64,000 bases of DNA, from positions 22,878,001 through 22,942,000 of the forward strand of contig JBHGNT010000003.1 of assembly GCA_043228905.1 (NCBI GenBank). Reading direction: 5' to 3'. Shown here piece after piece: positions 27,031 through 38,212 of the stretch (its first letter is position 1; the number at the start of each line of letters is the position of its first letter). Below the pieces are notes generated by a model. That model ran no database searches, was not told the origin of the DNA, and worked only from the letters and a program-made list of their open reading frames with translations. The stretch is from Azolla caroliniana (lineage: Eukaryota > Plantae > Polypodiophyta). Both the position numbers and the translations under genes were made by a program.

Positions 27031-30000
27031 TTCTTATCAGCGGCTCAGCCTTGGCATGGTTTGCTCCGCTTCTAGAAAAACAATCGCCCTTACTTAATAA
27101 CTTTGAAGACTTTATTAGTGAGTTTAAAGCTTGCTTTGGAGATACAGACAACATTCGAACGATGATCAACAAAATCCGACGATTGCGTCAAGGCAATCGT
27201 CCAGCCTCTGCCTACGTGGCAAATTTATGTCTACTCGCTGCAGATATCCCCTAGGATGATCAGGCACTAATGGAGCAGTTTCGCTACGGCTTGCGAAACG
27301 ATGTCAAAGATCTACTTCTAACCTTCCCCGAATAACTAAAGTCTCTTACGAAGGCAATCAGTCGAGCGGTCCGATGCGACAACCGCCTTTTTGAATGGCA
27401 TTTGGAACGTCAATTACAAATACCACATTCTAGGCCGGAGCCCACTTACGTCTCAGTCGTGGCTAAACCGTTTGCACGAGACATACCTCAAGAAAATACT
27501 CTGACACCGATGGAGATCGACACCATGTGTCGACATGGTCTGTTATCGAAAGAAGAAAAGCAACGACGATGTGCAAATAGATTATGTCTTTATTGCGGTG
27601 GACCAGGGCATATCGCAATCAATTATCCCCATAGGCCAAGAAGACAGGTAAATCAAATTGTAGCCTGTACTAAACCCGAGTCAATTCTTCCCTTAGGAGT
27701 GTATGATAGTATTAATATTATTAATAGAGTGTTTGATAGTATTAATAGTACGAATAGCCCAAGTATCTCAAACAAATTTGAAATGCTTAGGCAATTAGAT
27801 GAAGAGTTAAACGATTGAGTCCAACCAAAATAGGAGCTGTTTGGTTGGAAAGCCCTAGATTTGTACAACCCATTAGTGGTTCCATTCCCTCCAAGGAAGT
27901 TAGCAATGTGTTCCGAGGCCAAGTCATGGTTAGTACTAAAAGTACTCCCCCAGTACACATCCTAGTACTTGTAGATTCCGGAGCTAATTCCTGTTTCATG
28001 GATCGAAATTTTGCCCAAGCAAGAAAACTTCCTTGCCCCGCATCTATAGTAGTCATTGATGGTCATCCCATTGGTTCCGAGAATATGGTAGAAGAGTCAG
28101 AACCCATTCAAGTTGTCCTAGGTAGTTTTGTGTGTGTAGTATCATTTAATATAATTAGTAGTCTAGAGCATCCCATTTAATATTATTAGTACTAATAGTA
28201 CATGAGAATCGTGCTCCTCCTGGGTCTTCGAATAAATCAATAGATCATCAAGATAGATGATCAAACAGATATCTAAGAGGTCTCTGAATATATCATTTGC
28301 CATGTGTTGGAAGACTGCGGGTGCATTGGTTAGACTGAACGGCATAACAGTATATTCGAAATGCTCATACTGCGTGCGAAAGGCGGTCTTCCATTCATCA
28401 TGGAGGCTGACGCATCAGATTTCGCCCTTGGTAACATCCTTTCTCAACAAAGAGATAAAGAAGAGATACATCCTGTGGCTTTTCATTCGCGCAAATTCAA
28501 TGCCGCGGAAATCAACTACGAAATACATGACAAGGAGTTATTAGCCATCGTGGATTCCTTTGTGCAATGGTGGCACTTCTTAGAGGGTTCTCCACATCAG
28601 GTCATCGTCTTTAGTCATCACAAAAATGTTTCTTATTTCCAGAACGCTTAGGTGCTAAATTGACGCCAAGGTTGGTGGGCTCAATTCCTCACGCGTTTTG
28701 ACTTCAAAATCACATATTGACTGGGGAAGCAGCAAGGAAAAGTAGATGCGCTATCACGACGTTCATATCTTGCACCTCATCCTGGTGATCCATCGTTTGA
28801 TAGTCAAAAGCAAGTAATATTCGGACCAACACGATTGCACACAATGCGGAATTTTCACACCCCAATGGATTCCCGGATTACCGACGCCATACGTGCGAAC
28901 TTGACGACAGACAGTTTTTCTCAAGACATTCTGGCACACATTGATACCTCTCGGGCATCCTGTTCCCAATCTCAACAACCAGGTATGGACTACCAACAAT
29001 TTGAATATCATGATGGTTTGTTATTCTTTAAAAAGCTTGTATATGTCCCCGATTGCTCCGTTCGGACTATGTGATGCTTGCTGCCGATCAAAGATGCCCC
29101 GACACAATCCATATGGCTTGTTGGAACCCTTACCGATTCCAAGTAAGCCGTGACAGTCTATTTGTCTTGATTTTATCACAGATTTTCCGGTCTTGAAGGG
29201 GTTCGATGCTATCTTAACCGTGATCGATCGATATACTAAGATGGCACATTTTGTGCCGTGTACTAAGGCCATCACTAGCGGGGAAACCGCCACCCTTGTC
29301 ATGTGTGAGGTATTTCGGCATCATGGCCTCCCAGACAGTATCATCAGTGACTGAGGACCACAATTCGTATCCAAATTTTGGCAGCATCTCTTCAAGATGC
29401 TCAAGGTCTCTTGCAACCTCTCCTCCGGCTACCATCCCCAGACCGATGGGCAGGCGGAATGAACAAACCAAACGTTGGAAATATCTCTGGTGTTTTTTGA
29501 GTTATCAACAGGACGATTGGGTTGAGATTCTCCACTTTGCGGAGTTTGCATATAATAATGTTGTTCACTCCTCGACTCGGGTCTCTCCATTTTACGCTTA
29601 TACCGGTTCTCATCCTCGTTGGTCGGTGATCGATACCCCGGAGCTACCTACCAATCCTCGTGCCGAGGATCATTTGGAGAGGCTACACAAGATCCAGATG
29701 GATCTCTCTACTCATCTTCGTCATTCTCAACACACACAGAAGATTTATGCGAATCGTCATCGGCTTCCCTCCTCTTTTGCCATTGGAGATCGAGTATGGT
29801 TCTTACGTCGTCACATCAAGACTACTGGACCCTGCGACAAGTTGGATTATCGACGACTCGGTCCTTTCCGTATTACTAGTAAGGTTAATGATGTCACATT
29901 CCGCCTTGATCTCCCTCCGCATCTTTAGATACATCCGGTTTTCCATAGCTCTCTTCTTGAAGCTTATAAAGCAAACACTATTCCTGATCGTGTTACACCA

Positions 30001-30723
30001 CCATCACTCCCGGTTGAGTTGGAAGCCGGCCTGGAGTATGAAGTTGCTACCGTCCTCGATTCCAAACTTGTTCGCAACAAACTTTATTATTTGGTCGATT
30101 GGCTTGGCTATAGTCCGAGCGAACGTACTTGAGAACCCGTCGAGCATGTGGCCAATGCTCAAGATCTTCTTGCTGAGTTCCACCGAAAGTATCCGGACAA
30201 ACCTGGTTCGCAATCAGAACCCGTCGAGCATGTGGCCAATGCTCAAGATCTTCTTGCTGAGTTCCACCGAAAGTATCCGGACAAACCTGGTTCGCAATCA
30301 GTGCAGACTCGTTCCACTCGTCGTCTTAAGGGGGAGATAATGTCATGATATGGCAAGACTCGAACCCATGACCTTATCTTATATGGGTCGAGCTCTTGAG
30401 CATTATACCATCTATTGTAATACGTAGGATATTATTTTCATTTAAGTTTTATGATAGGAAATTAATGTATATTCCAGATTTCTCTGGAACATTCTAGAAA
30501 CTTCAGGATTACACCTGAGAACACTATAAAAGAAGACACTAGGCATTATGTTGAACCAGATTGGTTCAACGCCAATCTTAAGCCTCATAGCCATCTTGTA
30601 CTTACTCTTCATATAATATATCATCCGTTATCATCATCATCATCTCTCTCTCTCTCTCTCTCCTCTTCTCTTTTCTCTCTCTTACGAGTGTTACGTAATC
30701 TCGTCCTCTTAGTACTAATAGTA
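26620..30723 (+). mobile_element. Chromovirus copy B, internally deleted and rearranged, in tandem with copy A
   Basis: Paralogous gag, protease, RNase H, integrase and chromodomain. Most of RT is lost, with an inverted RT piece at about 28178-28399. PPT precedes LTR3 (30341 to about 30723, truncated). Confidence 0.92.
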
Positions 30724-31198
30724 ACTTGGTAGTTCCATTTGGATCGACACTTCGTGTGGGTTGGAGGAGGGAGGGGGCCAACTGAGCAAAGCGGAGTCAG
30801 CGTTTGTTTGGAGCTGTGCCTCTAGTGCGTCCAAGCGGTGTTCCAATGCTTACCACAATTCGGTGGCGGTCTTGGCTTATTCATGACGATCGCGACTGTC
30901 TTCTTTGGTACAATGACCAACTGGCGGTCCTTGGTCGAAGAGTCCGCGGTTTTCCCTTCCTCGCTGCGACGTTGTAGGCAGCGTTTCTTGGCAGGTTTGA
31001 CTGTTGGGGCCGCAAGTTTGTCACGATCCCACTTCTGTTGGGTCGCCAAGGATTGATCCGTACCCATACTAGGTTTTCGGTTTTCTGTTTTCTGCTGCGG
31101 TCATGGAGTGGGCGTGGGCCGTGGGGACATAATACGGCTCGTGGATGGTTGAGGTTTGCTGCCCTCCCGAATGGTAATGTTTTCGGGGCCCTCATGGT

Positions 31199-31855
31199 TC
31201 ATCGACTTGGCTCGAGTCTAGGTTGGGGTGTGGGTCGATGTTTCGTCTTGCCATTCGTCCTATGGCAGCTGTAGGGCTCTAGGTTTCCTTCCCTGGTTGG
31301 GTGGACTGGTAGGGCCAAAGTTGGGCGAGGTATGGCTATGGTTTGGGGAGGGTATAGTATGGCTAGATACTGTGCCAACACCGGGAGGAAACACTTACCT
31401 GATTGGAAGGAGGCTAACGCGGCACAAATTCCTTCCCAAGTGAGTATACCCCAATCAATAGCTCTGCCTCGATATGCCGTGATGATTAAGCCAACCCTCT
31501 TCTTGGTTATGTTATATGCATTGGCGATGATACATCCAAACTCCAAAAGAAAATGGGCCAGATTGCCGAAGAATTCATTGGAACCTCCATGCGTGCAATG
31601 GGCCTTTGCGGATGCAGAGTATTCTTTGAAATATTTCTCTAGAATGTGTTGTGGTGGAGCACCGACATCGTGTTCACCCCCAAGCTGCAAACTAAGTGCC
31701 GAGCGGATCTGATTGTTGGTGATGGTGTCCGGATGCACCAACTTGGCTCCTGCTTGCGCTCCGGGGTGTGGAGCAACGTTGAGGACGCGGAGGTATCCTC
31801 CCAGATCGTGCCTGTTGAGCCAAGTGCGGCGTTGCTTGGATACTTCGATCATCAT
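31199..31855 (-). CDS. Extra ORF (218 aa) downstream of the integrase in the host Gypsy element
   Basis: Open, non-repetitive, globular-looking ORF in the same orientation as pol, in the position where Athila/Tat elements carry additional ORFs. Family not recognised with certainty. Confidence 0.6.
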   Translation of the reverse strand: MMIEVSKQRRTWLNRHDLGGYLRVLNVAPHPGAQAGAKLVHPDTITNNQIRSALSLQLGGEHDVGAPPQHILEKYFKEYSASAKAHCTHGGSNEFFGNLAHFLLEFGCIIANAYNITKKRVGLIITAYRGRAIDWGILTWEGICAALASFQSGKCFLPVLAQYLAILYPPQTIAIPRPTLALPVHPTREGNLEPYSCHRTNGKTKHRPTPQPRLEPSR

Positions 31856-32715
31856 GGCTGTCTCGGAAGAGCAGGAAGGCGAGTAGGGATAGAAGTTAGG
31901 AGTCAGAGAGCGAGAGAGCGCTGGATTGCAAGGAGTTTGGGAGAGCGAGCGAGAGAGAGAGAGCTTCCGTGTTTCCGTAGAAATGAGAGCTATGTTTGTG
32001 GTGTCTTTCTTTTTGTATGTGCCTTGGTTTTCAAGACGTGGCCTTATGCCCTAGATTCAAAATCTTCCCTGCCATACTCAGAGTTAAGACCACAAGTCGT
32101 GTGAACAATTACTACTTGCTTTTCTCGTATGGTGTGCATGGCCTCTAAATAGTGTTTGGGTGCTTCTTCTTTTCTTTTTTTTCATAATTATAGTATACAC
32201 TGTGGAAGTAGGTAGGGGATTTTACCGTGATTGGGGCGTGGTGCCCCCAAAATCCTCTGCTCTACCTACCACGGGTTGATCGTAGCCATGTTGTTGTTTG
32301 GCGATGGAGTTTGGTGGTGTCGGCCCACGGTATGGCTTCAATCGAAATCCGTTGACCCACTTCTTCAAGATTTCCCTAGCCAATGTGCCGAGCTGGAATG
32401 CTCTTTTGAAATTGTAGACAATCTAGAATGGTCCCGTCCACCAAATCCGAAGTTTCCCTGGCATTGACTCGAGCCGTGTTTGGAACACAAGGACCGGTTT
32501 GCCGATCTCAAAATGATTTTCGGTTTCTCGGCGATGGCGATCTAGAAAAGCTTTCCTTTTTCATTGGCCTTGTTCCAATTGGGTGAGATTGGCTATTCGT
32601 TCTTCCCCGAGCTTGAGTAATTGTTCTAGTCGTTTTAGTTCGGATTCGGATTCGGATAGTCGTTCGGTTACTTGCACTCGGAGACTCGGAACCTAAAACT
32701 CCATCAACATCACGA

Positions 32716-32894
32716 TGTCGCATTGTTACGCGCGTGCGTGGAGAAAGGTGGGACCATGGGGGTCTTGGACTAGGGAGTGACGGAGTGTAGGAAGTCGTAC
32801 TTCACCGTTTCTGGGGCATCCCAGAAGCACACCGGAAGCAACCGAAGGGAAAGAGAGAAAGAGAGGGAGCGCGCGCTTGACACCGACTCACGAG

Positions 32895-32934
<40 letters not shown>

Positions 32935-33490
32935 CCGACCCGACTCACGCCCTTATGTACAGGAAACGCAGGAAAGGGGAAGCACCCGACACCAACAGAG
33001 ACGCGAATATACACAAAAAGACACAAATGTATGTATATAAAAGGAAGAATACATTCCCGGCTTTGAGCCGGACCAAGGTAGGTTACAACAGCCGTCTGCT
33101 GTCAAGCGCCGAGCGGGGTCTTGCACAGGAGGCCGAGCCAAAGCAAACCCTAAGCAAAACACGAAGGGGGAAGAAGAAGAAGAAGAAGAAGAAGAAGAAG
33201 AAGAAGAAGAACTAACCCTAAATCTAACGGTATACCCTCTAACGCAAAATGGGCAACCCCTTCACAAAGGGCGCTCCCTTCGTTTTATAGAACAAGGAGA
33301 GGGATGCGTTACAATGTGGGATAAATCCCGACTTACATGGGATCGTCTGTCCCGACTTGACTACTCTTCGGCGCCATAAAGGAGCCCTCGTTATTCACAC
33401 TAAATGTACAAGGGTGAGCACACATGCTGCACCCCGCCGATGTAGCCAATGTTTCCCGGTTTCCACCTCTGGACGAAATTCTTCACGACA
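32716..33490 (-). repeat. 3' LTR (775 bp) with (CA)n and (GAA)n tracts
   Basis: Direct repeat of 37397-38212. Confidence 0.95.
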
Positions 33491-34599
33491 TCCGCCCCCA
33501 TCTAACCGCACGTCCACCGGTACGTGCCAATTCCGGTGAAGGGTGAGAGATTTCGGCCGGTGAGAAACCGGTCTTCTGTAATCCGCATCCCGGCTCGTTG
33601 CCGGTTTGATCCGTCGGCTTCGGTTCTTCCTTCGCGCTTACCTCCTCGTAGGCTCGTTTGACCCGTCGATGGGTCCTTCACCGCGATCTCCATAGTACAC
33701 GTACTTCCGCTGGCCCTTGTTCGGCCGTATGCACGCCCCGCTCCCCGCCGTATGCCCGATTTCCTCCGTTGAGGAACGCCCGTAGTGGCCCGCTTGTCCT
33801 TCGTTGACCATTCGTGTTGTCCTGATTGCCGTCCCATGTTGTTTCGCGTTGCCTTCGTCCTCTCGCCGCCACCTTCCTTCTCCATGGTCTTACATCGCCG
33901 CGTCGGCTCGAACTGCCATGGTCTCTGGAACGGTGTGGAGGACCCTTTTCTGGCCTTCTACGCGCTGCCTCCGAACCGCGCAACCCATCTCCGCGCTTGC
34001 CTTTTCGCTCCGGCACCTCCGTGTGCCACATACCCTCGTCTGTTGTTTGGCACTGCCTGTGCCGTACTCCGGTTCATTGCACGCCTTGTCGGCCCGTTTC
34101 CCAGCCAGATCGCGCATCGCCGCTCACCCGCATACTGGTGTCCTCCGCACCCGAGGAACACCCCGTAGTAGCCCGCTTGGCCCTTCCTGTCTTCGTGCTG
34201 CTGCAACAGGTCCTGAGTCTTCCGCTTGCCGTCGTCCCCTCGCCCCCACCAGCTTGTCACCCCGGGCTTGCCGTGTCAGTCTTTGCTACTTCGACGGAGC
34301 TTTCGAGATCTACGAAGCGAGTGTGGAGGATCCTCCTCCGGTCTCTCTTGCCATCCCCTGACTCCGACCCTGTGCAGTCCACTAGGCACCCGTCACCTCG
34401 TTCCCGGCACCTCCCTTGTGCCGTCTTCCGCTTCCTTTGTTCGGCACCGCCTGCACCGAACACCGTCCCGTAGTCATGCTTTGATTCGGCCCGCGATGGC
34501 CACTTGCGAGACGCTTATTCCGTCCCAGGTGTGCCTTTCCGGCCCGACACACCTCCTCGTGCTCGCCCTACCGGCTACTTCCGAGACCGTAACCGGCCG

Positions 34600-35830
34600 G
34601 TGAGGGTTTCACACTTCGTCCGCCCCGTCTTACCGAATCCCGATCCGCTACCTCGTGTCGTTGGGTCCCGTTCCCTGCCGCCACCGTCCTTCTCCCTAGG
34701 TCTCACGTTGCCACGTCGGCCGAACTACCGGGGTCTCCGGATCAGTGTGAGGGTCCCATAGGACCAGTCTTTGTTTCGTCGCTTGCCGAGATCCGGGTGT
34801 CTTTTGTCAAAGTCCTTCACGACTCTCCTCGTCTCTTCCGCGTAGCCGGGTTCCGTCTTCGTGTTGTCGGGTCCCGTTTCCCGCCGCCACCAATCTTCTC
34901 TCTCGGTCTCATGTTGCCACGTTGGCCGAACTGCCGGAGTCTCTGGTTCGGTGTGGGGATCCCGTAGGACTGGACTTCCTTATGCCCACTGACCTTGCCG
35001 GAAGGTCCGATTTGGTTCGTAGACGCCTTGCTGGCCTCATACCTCCTTGCCGTTCGTCGCCTCCTGTCGTCCGATCACGTTCTCCTGCCGCCACCGATCT
35101 CCCCTATAGGACTCATGTCGACACTTGGGCCGACCGCCGGATCGGTGTGAGTGTCTTCGTGGGACCTCCCCTTCAGGCTTCGGTTGCCTGCCTTGCCGCC
35201 GCCACCGTCCCTTACTCTAGGTCTCACGCCTCCTCTTGTCATTGGCTGCCAGAGTCTCTAGAATCGGTGCGTGTAAGGTCATAGCTGCTCCGCTCTGCCT
35301 TTGCCATCCTCTTCTGTTGGTCTCGTTCCCCTGCCGCCACCGTCCTTTCCTATAGGACTCACGCCGGCTCTCGGGCCGACCGCCGGATCGGTGTGAGGAT
35401 CTGCATAGACCGCCCATCCGTAGCCCTTTGCCTTCGTCCCCTTGCCGCCACCGTTCGTCACTTTAGGCCGACCGCCGGCTCTCGGTGTGAAGGATCCTCC
35501 TCGGGCCTCCGATTTGTCTTCCTGATCCTGTCCCGGGTCGTCCTTTTCCACATGCCGAGAGGGCGGTTTACTCCGCACCCTCTCCCGTGGTACCGACGTA
35601 CCGTCTCCTTGGCCTCTTCGTAGGCTTGCTTTCTTCCTCCCTCTCGGAATGGTCATCCGGGAGTCCGTTCTGCCCGGTTCTCGTCCGGGTCCGTTCGTCC
35701 TTCTCCGGATTGTCGGGTCCCGTTCTCCTGTCGCCACCAGCCTTCTCCCTAGGTCTCACGTTGCCACGTTGGCCGAACTGCCGGGCCTCCGGACTGGTGT
35801 GGGGATCCTGTAGGACAGGACTTCGTTCTC
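34600..35830. repeat. Degenerate GC-rich internal repeats of the Trp-primed element
   Basis: The motif gggtcccgtt..cgccacc..ttctc.ct.ggtctca.gttgccacgt.ggccgaact recurs at about 34660, 34868 and 35714, with partial units at about 35085, 35200 and 35330. Confidence 0.75.
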
Positions 35831-36429
35831 CTCTTCATCCCTTGTAACTCCTGACCTTCGCCCGGTCGGTGTTTCTCCCCACGTAAAAGAGGGCGGCTCG
35901 TCCCGCACCCTCTTCCGTATCAGCACTTTCATGCCGAATCCGGCCCCGATCGAACGATCCACGACCGGATTCTGCTCCATCCGCATCGGAATGCCGATCT
36001 TCTCGTGCAGCGTCCGTCCTCGGCCTCCTCACAGGCCGTTTCCCATCCCCCTTCACTGGCATCGTGCCAAGACTCCTCGTCGGCGCCTTCTTTCTCTCCG
36101 GTCTCATGTCGGCACACGGGCACGACCGCCGGAATCCGCGTGGAGGGCTCTTCTCCGCTCCTTCCCCGTATCGTCTCGCCGGTGATTCTTGGTCTTTCAC
36201 CGCCGCCTTCCTCCGCTTGGGACTCACGTGGGCACTCGGGCCCGATTGCCATCGTCTCGGGAGCAAGTGTGGGAAGACACAAAGAATCGCCCGTCCGGTT
36301 TACGCACTTGTCCATAGCCACCGGCTCTTCGTGGTCGGCGGTCGTCTCCTTACCCATCGCGCAAGCCCCGTCTCAGCTTGCTTCTCCAATGACCGGGGTT
36401 TCGGGCTGACACGCCCGACACCGCTGGCT

Positions 36430-37359
36430 CTAATGTTCTGATCCCGCGATCGGTATCTCGGCCTCGTCCTTGGCCGTTCTATCTCCGCAAGTCGAGAGGG
36501 TGTTATGTTCCGCACCCTCTCCCGTGGTACCGTCGTACCGATCTTCTGTCGTCGCGTGGGGCAAGTCCGTCTTCTCAGTCTCAGCTTGCGGCCTCGGTCT
36601 TTCCTCTTCCTTGAGCATCGCCTCGAGAGCTGCGTACGCCTCCGCAATCCGGGCCTCAACGCCGACCCTTGCCAACTCCCTTTGTCGTTCGGCCTCTTCC
36701 CGCTGTGATGGCACGCCGTCGCGCGCCTTCCTCTTAGCCTTCTCGGCTCGCTCACCATCTAGCCGTTGGCACACCCTTTCGACCTTCGACCAGTCCTCCG
36801 TAAGCCCATTCGCTCCGTCATCATCTTCGAGCTCAATCCCAATGGCCTCCCGTTCCGCTCGGTCGATCGACCTGACGAACAATAGGACCTTGTCCGCCCC
36901 CACCAAACCTTGTTCCCGCTCCGGGAGCCGAGCAAGCCGTCGCTCAAACTCTCGGAACGCCTTGGTCGCGCCCCGGTGGGTCTTTGCTGATGCTACCCAC
37001 TTGTCAAAGTTGTGTTGTCCCCGACTCTTCCGCCGTCCTCCGTATGCCTTCAAGAGCGCCTCTTCGAAGGCCTCCCACGAACTATGAGCCTCACGGAGCT
37101 CCATTACTTCCGCATGCATCCGGACAGCTACGACCCGACAGGAGAACTCCAGCCTCAACGACTCGTCTACGCCACGCTCCTCCATTTCCGCATTGTAGGC
37201 TTCCAAGTAAGATGGGACTTTGTCCCCGTTGAAACGGCCGACTCTTTCGACCACTCGCTCAACTGCTTGTTGTGCTGCTTCTCGCCTCATCACCACTCGT
37301 GCCGACTCCAACACCACTTCGGCCACCATCACCGCGAGGTCGTCGTCTTCCGACTCCAT
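36430..37359 (-). CDS. Gag-like protein (309 aa) of the non-autonomous element
   Basis: Starts 15 nt after the PBS. Helical capsid-like pattern GRFNGDKVPSYLEAY..SWEAFEEALLKAY..KVLLFVRSID. Confidence 0.75.
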   Translation of the reverse strand: MESEDDDLAVMVAEVVLESARVVMRREAAQQAVERVVERVGRFNGDKVPSYLEAYNAEMEERGVDESLRLEFSCRVVAVRMHAEVMELREAHSSWEAFEEALLKAYGGRRKSRGQHNFDKWVASAKTHRGATKAFREFERRLARLPEREQGLVGADKVLLFVRSIDRAEREAIGIELEDDDGANGLTEDWSKVERVCQRLDGERAEKAKRKARDGVPSQREEAERQRELARVGVEARIAEAYAALEAMLKEEERPRPQAETEKTDLPHATTEDRYDGTTGEGAEHNTLSTCGDRTAKDEAEIPIAGSEH

Positions 37360-37374
37360 CCTCCCTTGCCGCCT

Positions 37375-37392
37375 TTCACGTCGGGTTCACCA
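37375..37392 (-). promoter_or_regulatory. Primer binding site complementary to tRNA-Trp
   Basis: The + strand reads TTCACGTCGGGTTCACCA, which matches the 3' 18 nt of plant cytosolic tRNA-Trp as I recall it. It lies 4 nt from the LTR. Confidence 0.85.
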
Positions 37393-37396
37393 AATA

Positions 37397-37571
37397 TGTC
37401 GCGTTGTTATGCGCGTGCGTGGAGAAAGGCGGGACCACGGGGGTCTTGGACTAGGGAGTGACGGAGCGTAGGAAGTCGTACTTCACCGTTTCCGGGGCAT
37501 CCCAGAAGCACACCGGAAGCAACCGAAGGGAGAGAGAGAAAGAGAGGGAGCACGTGCTTGACACCGACTCA

Positions 37572-37613
<42 letters not shown>

Positions 37614-38212
37614 CTGACACGACTCACGCCCTTATGTACAGGAAACGCAGGAAAGGGGAAGCACCCGATACCAACAGAGACGCGAATATACACAAAAAGA
37701 CACAAATGTATGTATATAAAAGGAAGAATACATTCCCGGCTTCGAGCCGGACCAAGGTAGGTTACAACAGTTGTCTGCTGTCAAGCCGCCGTCGGGGAGC
37801 TCTCGGCTCGTCGCGCCGAGCGGGGTCTTGCACAGGAGGCCGAGCCAAAGCAAACCCTAAGCAAAACACGAAGGGGGAAGAAGAAGAAGAAGAAGAAGAA
37901 GAAGAAGAAGAAGAAGAAGAAGAAGAAGAAGAAATAACCCTAAATCTAATGGTATACCCTCTAACGCAAAATGGGCAACCCCTTCACAAAGGGCGCTCCC
38001 TTCGTTTTATAGAACAAGGAGAGGGATGCGTTACAATGTGGGATAAATCCCGACTTACATGGGATCGTCTGTCCCGACTTGATTACTCTTCGGCGCCATA
38101 AAGGCGCCCTCGTTATTCACACTAAATGTACAAGGGTGAGCACACATGCTGCACCCCGCCGATGTAGCCAATGTTTCCCGGTTTCCACCTCTGGATAAAA
38201 TTCTTCACGACA
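37397..38212 (-). repeat. 5' LTR (816 bp)
   Basis: Direct repeat of 32716-33490, with about 27 extra bp near 37790 and different microsatellite lengths. Confidence 0.95.

Larger units (their letters stand above)
32716..38212 (-). mobile_element. Non-autonomous LTR retrotransposon (5.5 kb, gag only), tRNA-Trp primed, nested in the host integrase
   Basis: LTRs 32716-33490 and 37397-38212, both TGTCG..CGACA. PBS 37375-37392, PPT 33491-33507, gag-like ORF 36430-37359. No RT or integrase motifs recognised. Flanks acga/acgg; the host frame EAV|M rejoins across the insertion. Confidence 0.93.

Noticed and set aside
33500-36400. Dense overlapping ORFs on both strands
   Set aside because: GC-rich repetitive interior of a non-autonomous element. 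Stops are rare by composition and no domain motifs were recognised.
37375-37392. tRNA-Trp gene
   Set aside because: Only the 3' 18 nt including CCA are present, adjacent to an LTR. This is a PBS, not a gene.
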